Assembly (NCBI GenBank): GCA_024679065.1
Contig: JAGIQG010000013.1
Span: forward strand, 35,092,001-35,156,000
Source: Sphyrna mokarran
Taxonomy: Eukaryota
Length of the DNA stretch: 64,000 nt
Direction: 5' to 3'
In this document: one piece after another, positions 21,330 through 35,400 of the stretch
How the letters are laid out: every line of letters starts with the position of its first letter
How positions within the stretch are numbered: the stretch's first letter is position 1
Made by a program: the position numbers and the translations under genes
Notes under the pieces: generated by a model
The model's database searches: none
What the model was told of the DNA's origin: nothing
The model's input: the letters and a program-made list of their open reading frames with translations, nothing else

Positions 21330-23985
21330 ATTATTGATTTGATTTATTGTCACATGTATTTGTATAATGTGAAAAGTATTGTTTCTTGCACGCTGTAAAG
21401 GCAAAACATACTGTACACATAGAAGGAAAAGAGTGCAGAATGTAGTGTTATAGTCATAGTTAGCATATAAAGAAAGATCAACTACATGCGAGGTTGATCC
21501 ATTCAAAAGTATGATGGGCAGGGAAGAAGCTGTTCTCGAAGCCGTTTTTTCATGTCCTCAGACTTTTGTAACTTTTTCCCGACAGAAGGTGGTGGAAGAG
21601 AGTACGTCCAGGGTTTAAAAAAAGGGACTTAGATTCTAGGATGCCTTGTTATAGAACAGTTTGAATAAATGACAAACACTATAACGCTGGGGGGACAAAG
21701 GGAAGAAAATTTATGGTTATGCTGGCTACTTTTCCCAGGCAGCAGGAAATATCGATATTGTCAATGGTTGAGAGGTTGTTTTGAATGATGGACTGGGTTT
21801 CATATCCCTTTGTAATTTCTTGCGTCTTGGACAAAGCAAGAGCCATACCAAACTGTGATATATCCAGAGAGAATATTTTCTATGGTGCATTTGTAAAAGC
21901 TGGAGAGTCGTAGCAGATGTGCCAAATTTATTTAATCTCACAAAGTAGAGGCGTTGGTTACCTCTCTTAACTATAGTGTCCATTTGGGGGGCAGGGGGTG
22001 GTCTACATACCTAAAAACTTGAAGCTCTCTACCATTTCTATTTCGTCCCCATTGATGTAGACAGGGGTATGTCCTCCACTACACTTCTTAAAGCCCATCA
22101 TTTTATCTGCTTCATTTTGTTGAAATTGAGGGAGAGTGTTGTTGCTGTATCAGTCCACTCAATTCTCTAACTCTTTCCTGTACTCAGTCTCTATAGTGGT
22201 GTCATCAGCAAACTTGAAAAATTGAGTTGGAAAGGAATTTGGCCACACAGTCATAGGTGTATGAGTATAGTAAGGGGCTGAGGACATAGGCTTGTAGGGC
22301 CCTGGCGTTGAGGATGATCATTGAGGTGTTGTTGCCTATACTTATTGATTGCAGGATCCAATTGCAGAGGGAGGAGCCAAGTCCCAGATGACAGGTTTGG
22401 AGATGAGTTTCATAGGAATAATGGTGTTGAAGGCTGGGCTGCTGTCAATAAATAGATAACAGACACCTACGTCAGATGCCTAAGTGTTCCAGGGTTGAGT
22501 GCAGTGCCAGGGAGATGGCATCTGCTGCAAACCTCTTCCAGCAATAGCTGAACTTACTGGATCCAGACATCTGAGACACTAGAATTGATTTGAGCCATGA
22601 CTAATCTTTCAAAGCATTTCATAATGATGGATGTTAGAGCACCGGATGATTGTCATTAAGGCACTCTGCTTGGTTTTTCTTTGGTGCAGGGATGATTGTT
22701 GTGTTCTTAAACAGATCAGGACCTCAGATTGTTATAAAGAGAGGTTGAAAGATGTTTGTGAATATGCCCGACAGCACGATATAAGCACTCATCGGGGTAC
22801 CCCATCCAGGCCAGTTGCCTTCCGTAAGTTGATCTTCGAGAAGGCTGCTCTATCATTTGCAATGGTGACCTCGAATAAAGTTCGTCCGAGGATTCTGGGA
22901 GGGGGGGGGGAGCGTATGCTCTTGCTCAAAACTGGTGTTGAATGCACTGAGTTCACCAGGGAGGGGTGCACTAGTGTCAGTGATTTTACTTGCCTTCATC
23001 TTGTAGTCTATTATGTCTTGCAGACCATGCCATAGTCAGCTGGGGTCCATGTGGCTAGTCTGGAGCAGTACCGTCTTTTGGTATCGTTGACAAATCTCCT
23101 TCAATTATATGTGGCTTTCTTCTATAGGTCAGGGTTGCCTGACTTGAATGCCTCAGACCTAGGCTTCAGCAAGCAGTGGATATCGCAGTTCCTCCATGGT
23201 TTCTGGTTGAGAAACACGTGGATCTGCTTTTTTGACAGTCTTCTACACATGAAGTCAGTTATCTTGTGGCATACTTGTTCAGGCTGGTCAGTGTTTTTAA
23301 ATACTGACCAGTCCACTGACTAAGCAATCCTATAGCAGATCATCCAATGCTTCAGACCAACAACGCATGACTTCTTTTGATGGGTTCTCCTGTTAGTTTT
23401 TGCTTGTAAGCTGGGAGCAGGAGCACAGTCTTGTGGTCTGATTTGCCAAGGCAGTAGACATGTTTGATATTTAGGTAGGATGTTTGGGGCTCTAGTGGAA
23501 CAGATGTGTTGGTGGGGGCTTGGCCTGATTGAAATCTCCACTCACAATGAACAAGGTATTGGAATGTTTTGCCTTAAGGCTATTTGTAGTGATGTATATT
23601 TCATACAGCGCGGTCTTCATGTCTGCATTGGGTAGGATATAAACTGCTGCCAGGATAGCAGAAGTGAACTTCCGCAGAAGGTGGTAAGGGCAGTATTTTA
23701 GTATCAGGTATTCTCGGTTCGGATAGCAGAAACTAACCAGTGTTAATATGTCTGGACACCATGATGTGTTAACTAGGAACCAAATCCCATTTCTCTTAGC
23801 CTTGCCTGAGGTTGCTATACAATCCACTTGGGGGATGGAGAAGCTCTCTAGTTGTAGGGTGCTGTCCAGAAAAGCAGGAGTGAGCCACAACTCCGTGAAA
23901 CAGTGCACACAGCATTCCTTCAGTTCTCTTTGAAAAGCGAGTCTAAGTTTGTCTAGCTTGTTTTCCAGGGTCAGCTTCAGACAAA
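21330..23985 (-). mobile_element. Degenerate Rex1/Babar-type LINE (APE + RT, internally deleted)
   Basis: Minus-strand ORFs: CVHCFTELWL, AVYILPNAD, SGDFNQA, RKATGLDGVP, QRLYFVRLNKFG; tail at ~21330. Confidence 0.8.
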
Positions 23986-24389
23986 AAAATATGAAGTAAA
24001 CCATTAAATAATGGAGATGTTCCAATGAGTTGTGTAGGATCTGTATATAAACAGGTTAAATAATAAGCTGCTTGCAGGAAATGTTAAGTATTGTAAGTTA
24101 CACACTTCCCACAATTAAAGCAAATCTTTTCAGGAGAAAAAAATCTGTACTTCAGTGAATTCAACGTCTTGTATAATGCTCACATCCTGTTTTTATTGCT
24201 GGGATCATACCAGCTCATAGCTTGGTTTATTACATTGTATATTATTAGAAATGTTTTCAATTGGAATAGCATGTTTCCTGAGGAAAATGTGATCCACTAC
24301 TCAAACACAAGATTGATGATCCTGTGGACAGTATTAGATTTGGAAAGGGGCCTCCACACAAGTTGAACATGTGAAATCTCCCTATTTTA

Positions 24390-24720
24390 GAATCCCTGCA
24401 GTGCGAGAGGCCATTCAGCCTGTTGAGTCTGCACCAATTCTAACACAGTATCTTACCCCAGTCCTCTCTCCTTGCTCTATATCTGCAATCCCACACACTT
24501 ACCATGGCTAACCTACACATCCTGGGACACTAAGGGGCAATTTAGCATGGTCAGTCCATCTCACCTGCACATTTTTGGACTGTGGGAGGAAACTGGATCA
24601 TCCAGAGAAAACCCATGCAGAGACAGGCAGAACATGCAAACTCCACACAGTCATCCAGGGCCAGAATTGAACGCGGGTCCCTGGAGCTGAGAGGCAGCAA
24701 TGCTAACCACTGTGCCACTG
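24390..24720 (-). mobile_element. HE1-like V-SINE
   Basis: Full head-core-tail on the minus strand. Confidence 0.85.
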
Positions 24721-26277
24721 TAAAATTTTAATTCTCCTTGCCATTTGTTCTGTATGTTCAACCTGTCTGACCACATTATAAATGCATCTTCCTTGGTCAT
24801 CAAGTGCTGGAATGGGACTCAAACCCAGAACTTCTGGCTCAGAGGGAGGGACACTGTCCACTGTTCCAGATTTAGTTATAAGCTGGAGTAATTGATCACT
24901 TCAGTTCTTATAACTAAATGCAAGGAAGCACATTTTTTAAAATTAGAATATAAATCAAGCTCCCATTTCCCAGATGGAGGTCCAAACAATGCAGATTACA
25001 TTAAGTTAAATTGTTTTGATTTAAGCTACATTTTGGTGATGTTTGACTCTATGAAAACTTTAAAACTCATTCAGTTAGCAAACAAGACTGAAAATTTAGT
25101 GTAAATTTGTGCTGAACTGTTGGCAGTTTGTGGGTTCATTTTCCACTTATAAAGCTTACCTAAATTTCATAAAGAGGCCTTTTATCAGCAATGGAAAATT
25201 CTTTGAAATCTGAGCAAACATCAAAGCTGCACATCTCAGATACTACATTTAATTCCTTAATTTTGAAGTCACATTTGATTTGTTTTTGACCTCACTTATG
25301 CCATCTTGGAGACAGCTTTTTACTGCCTCCGTTAACATAATCCAGACTCAGCTCATGTGCTGCTGAAATCTTGACCCCATACTTATCTTTAGATTTGACT
25401 ACTCCTGACTGGTCTCCCATCTCCTACCATTCTTGGTCATCTAAAACTCTGCTGCCAGTGTCTTAAGGTGCAGAGGATCCTGTTCCCCTATCCCCCTCAG
25501 CTCAGAGTTGAGCAATATCTTGATTTAAAAATTCTTATTTTCAATTCCTTCCATTAGTCTTGCTCCTCCATCTCAGTGATCTTTCCAGCAACACAACTCT
25601 GATTTCTGCACTTTTCTGATACCAGTCTTTTGTGCATTCACAACACTGATGTCTTCAGTTACCTAAGCTCAAACACTAGAATTCAGTTTCTATTCCTCTA
25701 AACCTCACTTTCCTCCTTTTAAGGCACTTAAAATCTACCCCTTTGACAGTAAGCTTTTAATCATCTGACTCAACATTTCCTTTTGTGGTTGGTATTTGTT
25801 TTATAATGCTTACACATCTTAAATGATGTTGCAAGTGTAAAATGGATCAATTACTGAAAAACTGATCACAATCTTTTCCAAAATATTTTGCAGAAGAAAC
25901 TGTTTACTTTAATGATGAAATGTTGACTTACATTCAGTCTTTAAAAGAATAAGTGACAAGTTAAGAAACCAACATTCTGACCAAACCAAAATCACATACT
26001 TTGATTAAAAACACAAATATTTGGCTTCAGACTGAGGATGATGCAGCTTTGTATTTTGTTCCTGTAGTAGAAAATCTCACACCAACTATATAAATGACCC
26101 AACAACTTAAGGTCGTGTAACTTGCAGCATAATTACATGAAAACATCCATATTATGTTTGGCATATATATTTCTACAACACTAATTCAAATTTCTCAAAT
26201 GTGCAGATGCATTGCGCTTTGACTGTGATTTGTTAAAATGTTTGACAATTAAATTGCAGGATCATTTCTTTTGAAAC

Positions 26278-26422
26278 TCAGACACCAAACAGAATCCGAA
26301 GATCAGCCAGCGTAAGCTTGGTAAAGGATCTGCCGGTTCCTGACAGCACCTTCTTTGCTAGCTCCTTTTTCTTCTCCTGAAGATCAAAGATTTTGTCCTC
26401 AATAGTACCCTCGCATACAAAC
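26278..26422 (-). CDS. TTF2: TTF2 last coding exon
   Basis: [11 protein letters not shown]...[12 protein letters not shown]. Confidence 0.93.
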
Positions 26423-29400
26423 CTGGAGGAAAACATAATTTTCCTTAGCAAAAAAACCATTTAAAAACAAAAACGACTGTTTGATTTACTCTTGTGTAAT
26501 GAAATCTAATTTAGTACAAAATCACATCGCATTAGACATTTTACAGCAATGTATCACTCATGATTTATTGAGATGGAGAAAACAATAAGTTCTAACATTA
26601 ATTGCAAGATGCATCTGAAACTGGTGTAAATAGACATTGACTTCAGGACAGAGCCAGAAAAGGCAGATTACCAAACAGACATGGAACAAATAGTCTGTTC
26701 TTTTTAAACAAGGCACAAGAAGCTGGTGTAGACATTTTTTTTTTCCTATATGAATGCAGAAATATCAAAAATGCTGGTATTAATGTAATTTCTGACTGTG
26801 GCACAAACTAAACCAAGTGATGTAATGTTCTCATTTTCAGAGACTGGCTAAGGAACAGCAGCAAGTTATTCAGCTTTTTGAGCATATTCTACTAATGAAT
26901 CTTAGCAAGTCTCCATCCTACTCTATTACTTGCTTTGGCCTGCAAAAATCTATTGATCTCAGAAGCGCTAGCACTGATTGCTTTGCGAGAGAGAATTCAG
27001 TGATTCTATCATCCTTTGTGTAATGATGCATTTCTTAAATTGTCTCACAGAAACTCCAGTTTTGATTTTAAAATTATTTCCCCATATCCTAGATTCTCCA
27101 ACCAGCTGAATATATTTCTTTTCATTACCCTTTCCAAACATTTTCAAAATTCTAAAAGCATCAACTCAAATTGTCTCATTCATTTTCCAGGAATGCAAGT
27201 CTAATCAAACAATCATTCCTCAATTTAACACCACTTTGATCCCTAGCAACACTCCAGTAAACAGTACTCTTTCCAAGGCCTAAACTGTACATCATATTCT
27301 TGAGCTGGTCCAGCTAAGGCTTTTTAAACAGATGTGGCAAAACTTACTGCCCCTGTATTCTAGCCCTTTAAATACAAGGGCTTTTAAAAATTATTTTGTA
27401 CTTTACTGTAACATTTTAGCCAGATACATGAACCCCCTTGGACCTCCAATATTCCTAGATTTTCACTATTTTAAAAAACACAGATCCATCCAATTTTTGT
27501 CTGAAATGGCCAACCATGTATTTGTCTGATTTGAATCCATATGCCACAATTTAATACACACACGGTTGCTTGTAGATTATGTTTTTGTCTACATTACTGA
27601 TATCACTGACAAACTTAGATAACACAAATAGAACACCATATATCTAAATTATTAACAAATATAATAAATGTTTGTGGCCCCAGAACATTTACTAGTAGGA
27701 TAGCAGTGCTTATTCCCTCCAATTTGAGATCACATCCATTTTTCACTGCCTAACTAGCCAATTTCCAGCTAAGCCAATAATCTCAATTCCACATGCTTCT
27801 CATAAATGGAGTATTATAGAATATCTTCTGAATTTAAGCTAGATCCCTCCTCCCCAAAGTTACTGCTATAGTTACTTCATCCTTCTTAAATATTGGAGTT
27901 ACATTTGCAATTTTTCAATCTAAAAGCTCCAGAATTGAAAGATCTTTTGAAAAATTATGGCTAAAGCATCAGCAATTTTCTCAGTTCCTTTATTAAGAAA
28001 AAGGATGGAAATCATTAGGAACTCATCATTGGCGACTTGTCAGTTTTTAATCACATTACTCCTGCTGGTAGAGTTTCCTTACTTATGGTAACTTAGTAAG
28101 TTCCAGCTCTTGATTCACTGAGTTTCTATGGAATATCAGGCATATTAATCATTTCCTTGATTGCCATCTCCTTACTTTCGTTTGCAATAGCACCCACACC
28201 AGTTTTTGAATACTGTAGCCAGTTCTTCAACAAATATGCATTCAACTTAAAAGCATAAAAAAGGTATTGCAACAAGACTGTGATGGACATTTTCCAAAAT
28301 TAGCCAAATTCTGCTTCTTAGCACTCCACTGGACATTGAAAGCATGGATGAAATCACAGAACGCCTTCTCAAGACATGGCTAATGAAGACATCAGACCAT
28401 ACAAGTATGTGTCTACAAACTGTAACTGCAGGTGGGTGGGGAGCCTATCGATTTGGAGCCATTGTGACTGAATATGTCTTGCAAATGTGAATTCCAGAGA
28501 ATTTTATCATTGGAGCAGAATCTACTGGAACTCAATCAGGATCTTTCCTCTTGCTACCATCTTCAAATTGTAAATGACTCCTGAACCAGAGAACTTTTGA
28601 CTAAAATGAAATCAACCTGATATAATCAGGACCTTCTCCATTGAAATCACTGTTATATGTTAATAACCTATTCATGAAGTTTTGTGACATGCAAGCAGAC
28701 AGATTTGGAAGGATTTTGTGACAATCTTTGACACAGCTGTGATTTTTGGTTTAATGCCTTTGCACTTACCTGTGCACAGTTACATTCTTGTGTTGCCCCA
28801 CACGATAAATTCGATCTGATGCCTGTTCCTCCAATGCTGGATTCCTGAAAACAGATTAGGTATTTATACAAATTTGAACTATCCTGAGTACAAAAGGTCA
28901 TTTAATTGAGGAATTCAATAACCAATATATTTTGTTGACTCCATTAATTTCAATGCTATATCAATTTTAGATTTAAAGATATTTTTGATAAAATAACTGA
29001 TTTGTGAAGACCTCATGCCAAAGACATCAAGTAGGTGCATAAGACAGATAAAATGAAACAAAGTTTGATTTAAAAAAATGCATAAAATACTTTAGAACAT
29101 TCCATTAGCATTTTCATAAATAATGCACAAAATCAACACAAATATTGAAATTGGTGTCTGAAGGTGATTATCTGAAATTGGTTAAGGTTTCCTGGTAAGA
29201 AGTACTAGGTCATTGATTGAGAACTCCCCATTTTTAGCTGAGCAATAGGAGGAGGAGTTGGAGGGGGAAACTGGGCTGAGAACTTGAGATGCTTTCACTA
29301 TCAAGTGAGGGAAAAACATTAAAAGCCTAAAAGTGCCAATGAAGGATTATTTTGTGATTAGAGCAGCCTTGATTGAAGCTTCAAGGTTGCACCTTCAAAT

Positions 29401-32400
29401 TTAAAGAGGCAGTGATTGAAAATTCCAAAGATGTGCTGGTTAGGTGGATTGGTCATGCTAAATTACCCTTTAGTGTCAGTGGGATTAGTTAGGGTAAATG
29501 TATAGGGTTACGAGGATATGGCCTTGATGGAATTGTGGTCGATTTAGAATCAATGGGCCAAAGCCCCTTTCTGTATTATAGGATTCTATAAAGTGGAATG
29601 TGAAAAAAGAAATTTGAAGAAAAAAGAAAAACAACCAAGTTGCACAAATAAAATTAAAAATCATTCTTAATAATTCAAGAACAAAACAAGGCAAAAAAAA
29701 ATCACTTCTTAAATCTCATCTCTAAAAAGCATATGGCAAAGAAAAGCATTGATGATAATGGGATTGAAGTGAACACACCCAAATATTCTGGGTCATTTAG
29801 ATCTGATGATTATTTATATCTAATGCCATTATTGCTAATTATAAATTTGCCGTGTGCTTATGTACATAAAAATTAATAAATTGGTAACTAAAATTTTGAA
29901 ATCAGTTTTTTTTTAAAAGTCACAGTGTAAAACTATCTTTTTGCATAAAGTAGCAAGCATATATGCTCTTTCATGGCTACATTTTAATATTGTCTGTAAT
30001 TATTTACAGTACAGATAATTATCTTACCAGTGCATATCCAATAGGAAGAGATGGTTGCCACCAATGAGGTTCAAACCCACGCCCCCAGCACACAAAGAAA
30101 CCAATATGACCTGCGGTAAGAGAGAGAAAGAGAGACAGTGAATTTAGAACGGAAATATTCCCAAGATAATCAAGTCTTAGAAATGACATTTATTGATAAC
30201 GCAGGTTTGAATGAAGGATATTGTATTTAAACAGTGAATGAATCAGATATATTTGACTATAGGAGCAGAATTCCCAATGTTATCAGACTGAACTGTTATC
30301 GTATTTTTAATAAAAATGTGCCTCGTTGTTGAAGTTCCTAATGAATAAACCATTGCTTGCAAACCACTGTGTAAAATGTAGTTACATTTTGTCACGTTTT
30401 CTTTCCATCTCTCAAGCTGGGGATAGTGCGATGGGTTCCAGCAGTATTGTCATATTTCAGTCATGCATCTATTCTTAATATACAGGGTAATATGTGAGCA
30501 TTTACAGAGTTATTTGCCAGGTGATAAAAGAACAAAGTCAAACCAAGCCTAACTCTCATTCTTCTGAACTTAAATTGACCAATCTTAAGTATTAGAGGGA
30601 TGTCAACAACCAAGTTATTACCAATGTCTTCAGGAAAGAGAATTGCAAGGAAAATAAATTAATATTCTGGATCTGTGATTCTTTCTTCAAGCAAATTCCA
30701 AACAGCAGCCAACTCGTACCTGAGGTCCTTTAGGGTTTGTGTTAAATTCCTCCACCAAGTCCATACGATGTTTAGGAGTTACAGAGCCATCCAGAATAAC
30801 GTAGTTCAGGCTCATTCGATCCAAGTGGCCTGCCACAACATGCAGCATGCTGGTCCACTGAGATATTATTACACTGAGAGAAATAAACAGTAATAGTTAT
30901 GCAGGACAAAATGGTTTATATGGCTTCATCAAACTGGGAATGTTAAAAAAAGTGCAAGGCTATAGTTACGTACACAGCACTCTAATTCAGATCCCACTAT
31001 AGTCAGAATGGCTAACATGGAAAACACCGCTGACTTAAGTTGAGTGAGGAAAAAGCAATTTATATGATATTATTCATATGATCAAGATGTCTCAAAGTAC
31101 TTTACAGCCAATGAATTAACTTTGAATTATAGTCACACATATAATGCCAGCAAAAAACATAAGTCAATTTGCTGTGATGTATAATGTACCTCTTAACTTG
31201 CCCTTCACAAAGCTCATGTCAAAATTTGATAAAATACTCACTTTTGTATTAATGTAGCAACAACTGCAAGGTACTCAAGATGATCCAAACTAAAGCAGTT
31301 AATTTTATCATTGTCCCAACTGTTGTATTTAATATCAAACCCTTTCACTACCAACACAATACAATAAACATAACCTATAGGATGTGTGCTGCATTAACTC
31401 AAAAGTTACTTCAACAATATTTTCTCCTACCGAGGAAAGAGCCAAAATACTACAGAAACACCACTCCCAGGTAATAGATATGCCATGTTGACTTGGATTT
31501 ACAGTAAACTTCCATCATTTATGAATCCCTCTATCACAAAGTTCTAGATATAATCATGATTTGTAGCCCCAAGACTTCACTCATCCACGATGAACTCTCA
31601 CCATTCCCATATCGTTCTCATGGAGAAAGCGTGCACTGCCTTGTGTAAATTCACCCTCATTGTCACTCTGTCAACATCCTAGAATTCCCCCTAACACTGT
31701 GGAAACAGTTCTGCCATAAGGATTGTACACCAGTGTTCCAAAAAGACCGCCACCACTTTCTCTGACACAAGTAATAAAGTGGCCTCATTAGCACCAAACA
31801 AATCTCAAAAACAGATTAGAAAAGGTACAGATGTTGCTAGAATCAGGAAGTATTAGTGAAAATGACCAGCTCTTCAGCCTGAGAGCAGTTAATATTTATT
31901 CATGACTAACAATTACTGCAGTTTTTAAAATTACTTAGGAGTGATTTATTTTCTGCAGAGCTTTATTGTTCCCCTCAGCATAGTTCATAAGGTGAGTTCC
32001 CTTCTTTTTGTTCTTCACCATCAATTCCTATTGCTGCACTGGACCCACAGGAAACAAGGGTACGAGCTAAGAATAGGTTAGCAATAAGAACTATGGGTTT
32101 AAAGAGGTAGAACATGTAGAAAGTTGCACCTAAAAACTGTGCCCAAACAAGAAATAAAAGAGCAGGCAGTAGGATATCATGCCAGTCCTCATCAGACTAG
32201 TGAATTTCTTGAAATACTGTTCTGCGTTTCTGGCTGGGGGCAAGAGAATTGGCGCATCACCATTTAACAAGCCAAATGATTTCCCCCTCTCATTGAGACT
32301 TAGCAGTTACATATCCTTTACTGAAGAGGATGGCCTCAAGGTCCATTTTTTTGTTCCTTTCTGGATGCCTTTAGCATGTTCTCTTGCAGAGATATTACTG

Positions 32401-35400
32401 ATGATTGGGGCAGTACGGTCACTGGCTTTGCATAGGAATCACCAGCAGTTGTTCAAATGGTTCACCTCGCCTGGGCACCGGCAAGCAATATTAGTCTGCA
32501 CTTTCAGCACAGTAATATTTCCACAGCCATGGTGCTTTACAGGAAAATATAAAGATGTACAGTTTTTAGTTAACTCTGAGAAAACATCTTCCCATCATCT
32601 AAATGATTTCCTAAAACATGAATCCCTCTTAGAAACGTACCACTTTTGAGGTTCTGGGCGACTTCTTATTTCTTTTAATTCCTGTAAGAGCGCAGAAATC
32701 TGGTGACAAAATGAACAGCATATAAAAGGAGAGAACTGATACAAACCATTATTATTTGATCGTTACATTTGTGGTCCAGAATTAGCAACTTCACATTCCA
32801 AACCTATGCCCTATACCTATTAGATCATGATGATTCACTACTTCTACTTTTGGATGACCCAAAATTTCTTATACCAGCCATGAACTTCACATCATTGCCA
32901 CCAACTTCCTCCCCTTGCCACAATGTTAGACAGAAGCAAACAACAATCTCCACAACACTTGTCTGACTCCTAGCTGAATTTCTCCCCCTTTTCCCCAAAG
33001 CAAAGATAATTTACTCTCATCTCCAACAACACCCATTCCAGCTCAATCTCAGCTCATCCTTTGCCTGACTCCTCATACAAGTCTCTGCCACCTCAACACT
33101 CAATTACGCTGATGCTTTCTTGTCCACCCTCCAGGAAATTCAGCTCATTCTAAACATGAATGACTACATCCTGTTCCATATGATATCCAGTTAGCCTACA
33201 TGAATCCTCACTGACCTACATAAGCACCCAGTCAATCAATATCTTGCATTTAAAATTCTTATCCACCTCTGAGTTTAAATCCCTCTAAATCTGCTCCTCA
33301 GCCATATAATTCCACATTCCTTGGATTCCAAACTCTTATGTATTCTACCTCCCTTCATCTATTGTTCCTTCAGCTGCCTCATGCCATGTTCTAGAACTAT
33401 CTCTGCCTCTTCACTTAATAACTCACTTTTTTAATCAAGATATTGATCACACCAAAGCTCTTTTTGGCTTAGGGCTGATCTTTGCTTAACTTTGGAATGT
33501 TTTCTACATTAAGTTACTACAGGTGTGGAATTCCCTGCCCAGTGATGCAGTTGAAGTTACCTCACTGAGTATTTTTAAGGCAAGGATAGATAAATATTTT
33601 GAACAGTGACGGAATTAAGGGTTATAGTCGTGACGTGTAGGTGGAGCTGGGTCCATGAAAAGGTCAACTATGATCTTACTGAATGGCAGGGCAGGCCAGA
33701 TGGCCTACTCCTGATCCTAGTTCTAATATTCTTACAGAAATACCAAATTGTTGCACAGTTATGCTTTTGTGAAGTTAGTCCAAATTTAACTCAATATTTA
33801 AATCTTAATTTAGATTGATTGATCGTTCAATGTAATTGGTACTTAATATTAAAATGCGCTACACAAGTTCTTATGCAATATTGAGTGGTTTTGAGGCTTC
33901 ACATTATTCAAAGAGCAGCGAGAACCCTCAGTTATCTGATCCAATATCTCCTCTACGAGCGTAATAAAAAAAAATTATTTGGTCAGTCATTTCATTCGAA
34001 GGGGGGCTGCAGTAGACATGTTAGACTGCTTTGGGACATTGAGAATTTGATAACATAGCAACTGGCAATTAATGTGGAAAACATTCCAAAGTGTTTTGTA
34101 GAAATGTAAAGTTTTAAATATCTTTATGTGAAAACACTTGAGGCTCACAAACACAGCACAATGTTCTTAAAAATTGTACATTAAATTAAAATTCCATTTG
34201 GGAATAAAATAAATTCACAGTTTTATATTCTACTATTGGAACATACCTTAGTGCTTTTTCTGGTGCTGTCAAACAGGTGTGCTTTGAAGCTGGTGCCATT
34301 CAGGACTACAGTTGGCTTAGTGTCAGAGGTTATGACCTCTGACAATGACAATGCATTCAGCTGCTCCTCCAGTGAGAGGGTAATGCCCTCAGATTCCATC
34401 TCAGTTTGACTCAAAGCCTGTAATTCAAGATAAAAGTCACTTAAAAAATAGAAACATAACCAAAATAAATTGGTCAGTGCAGCTGCAGATTTCTTTTACA
34501 GGTACTTCGGTCTGCCTTGTTATCCAACAAGGAGCATACACACAATGGGTCGTGAGAGGGCTGCTCTTGGATTTTTCAAGAGCAGCCTAGTGCTTCACGT
34601 CGTTCATGTATGCTTCAACTGGACCAGTTGACGGGCAATACGACAGCTCAGTGACCATCACACTGTGCTGATACATGGATTTGGGCTTGTGTCTGTTTGC
34701 GCATTCTCCCCGTGCTTGTGTGGGTTTTCGCTGGGTGCTCTGGTTTCCTCCCACACCCTAAAGATGTGCTCTTCGGCTGATTGGCAAAACAAATTCTCCC
34801 TAAATTGTCTCACTAATTTGGTTCCAATGCAGATTTCTATACCAATGCAGATTTCTATAAACAGACAGGGACCATGGGTGGAAGTGGGAACGTTGAGGTG
34901 GTGGCGTGGGCTTGCTGGGCCGAAGGGCCTGTTTCCCATGCTGTTTTGTTCTTTGTACAACAAGCTAGATGAATAAAATTATCTTTATCCCCTGCTTTGG
35001 CTTTTTTCTTTTTCTTCCCCAACATGCTAGGTAAACCTGAGTGTTGGCCAAAGACAGGTCGATTTTAATTTCCTGTTCTCAACTACAAAGGAGAGCATTG
35101 TTGCCTCACAGCTCCAGGAACCCGGGTTCAATTATAGCCTTGGATGACTATGTGGAGGTTTGCTTCTTCCTTTGTTTGTGTTACTTTCCCTGCCACAGTC
35201 CAAAGCTTATACGTTAAGTCGATTGGCCACGTATGACATTACAAGGATCAGGAAGGGATAACAGCCTGGGTAAGGATACTCTGTCAAGAGTTGGTGCAGA
35301 CCTGATGGACTGAATGGCCTCTTCTGCACTGTTGGGATTCTATGGTTCAACCATCCTGTTGTCACCATAAAAAGAATGCTCATTGCATCAAGGTGGCGTA

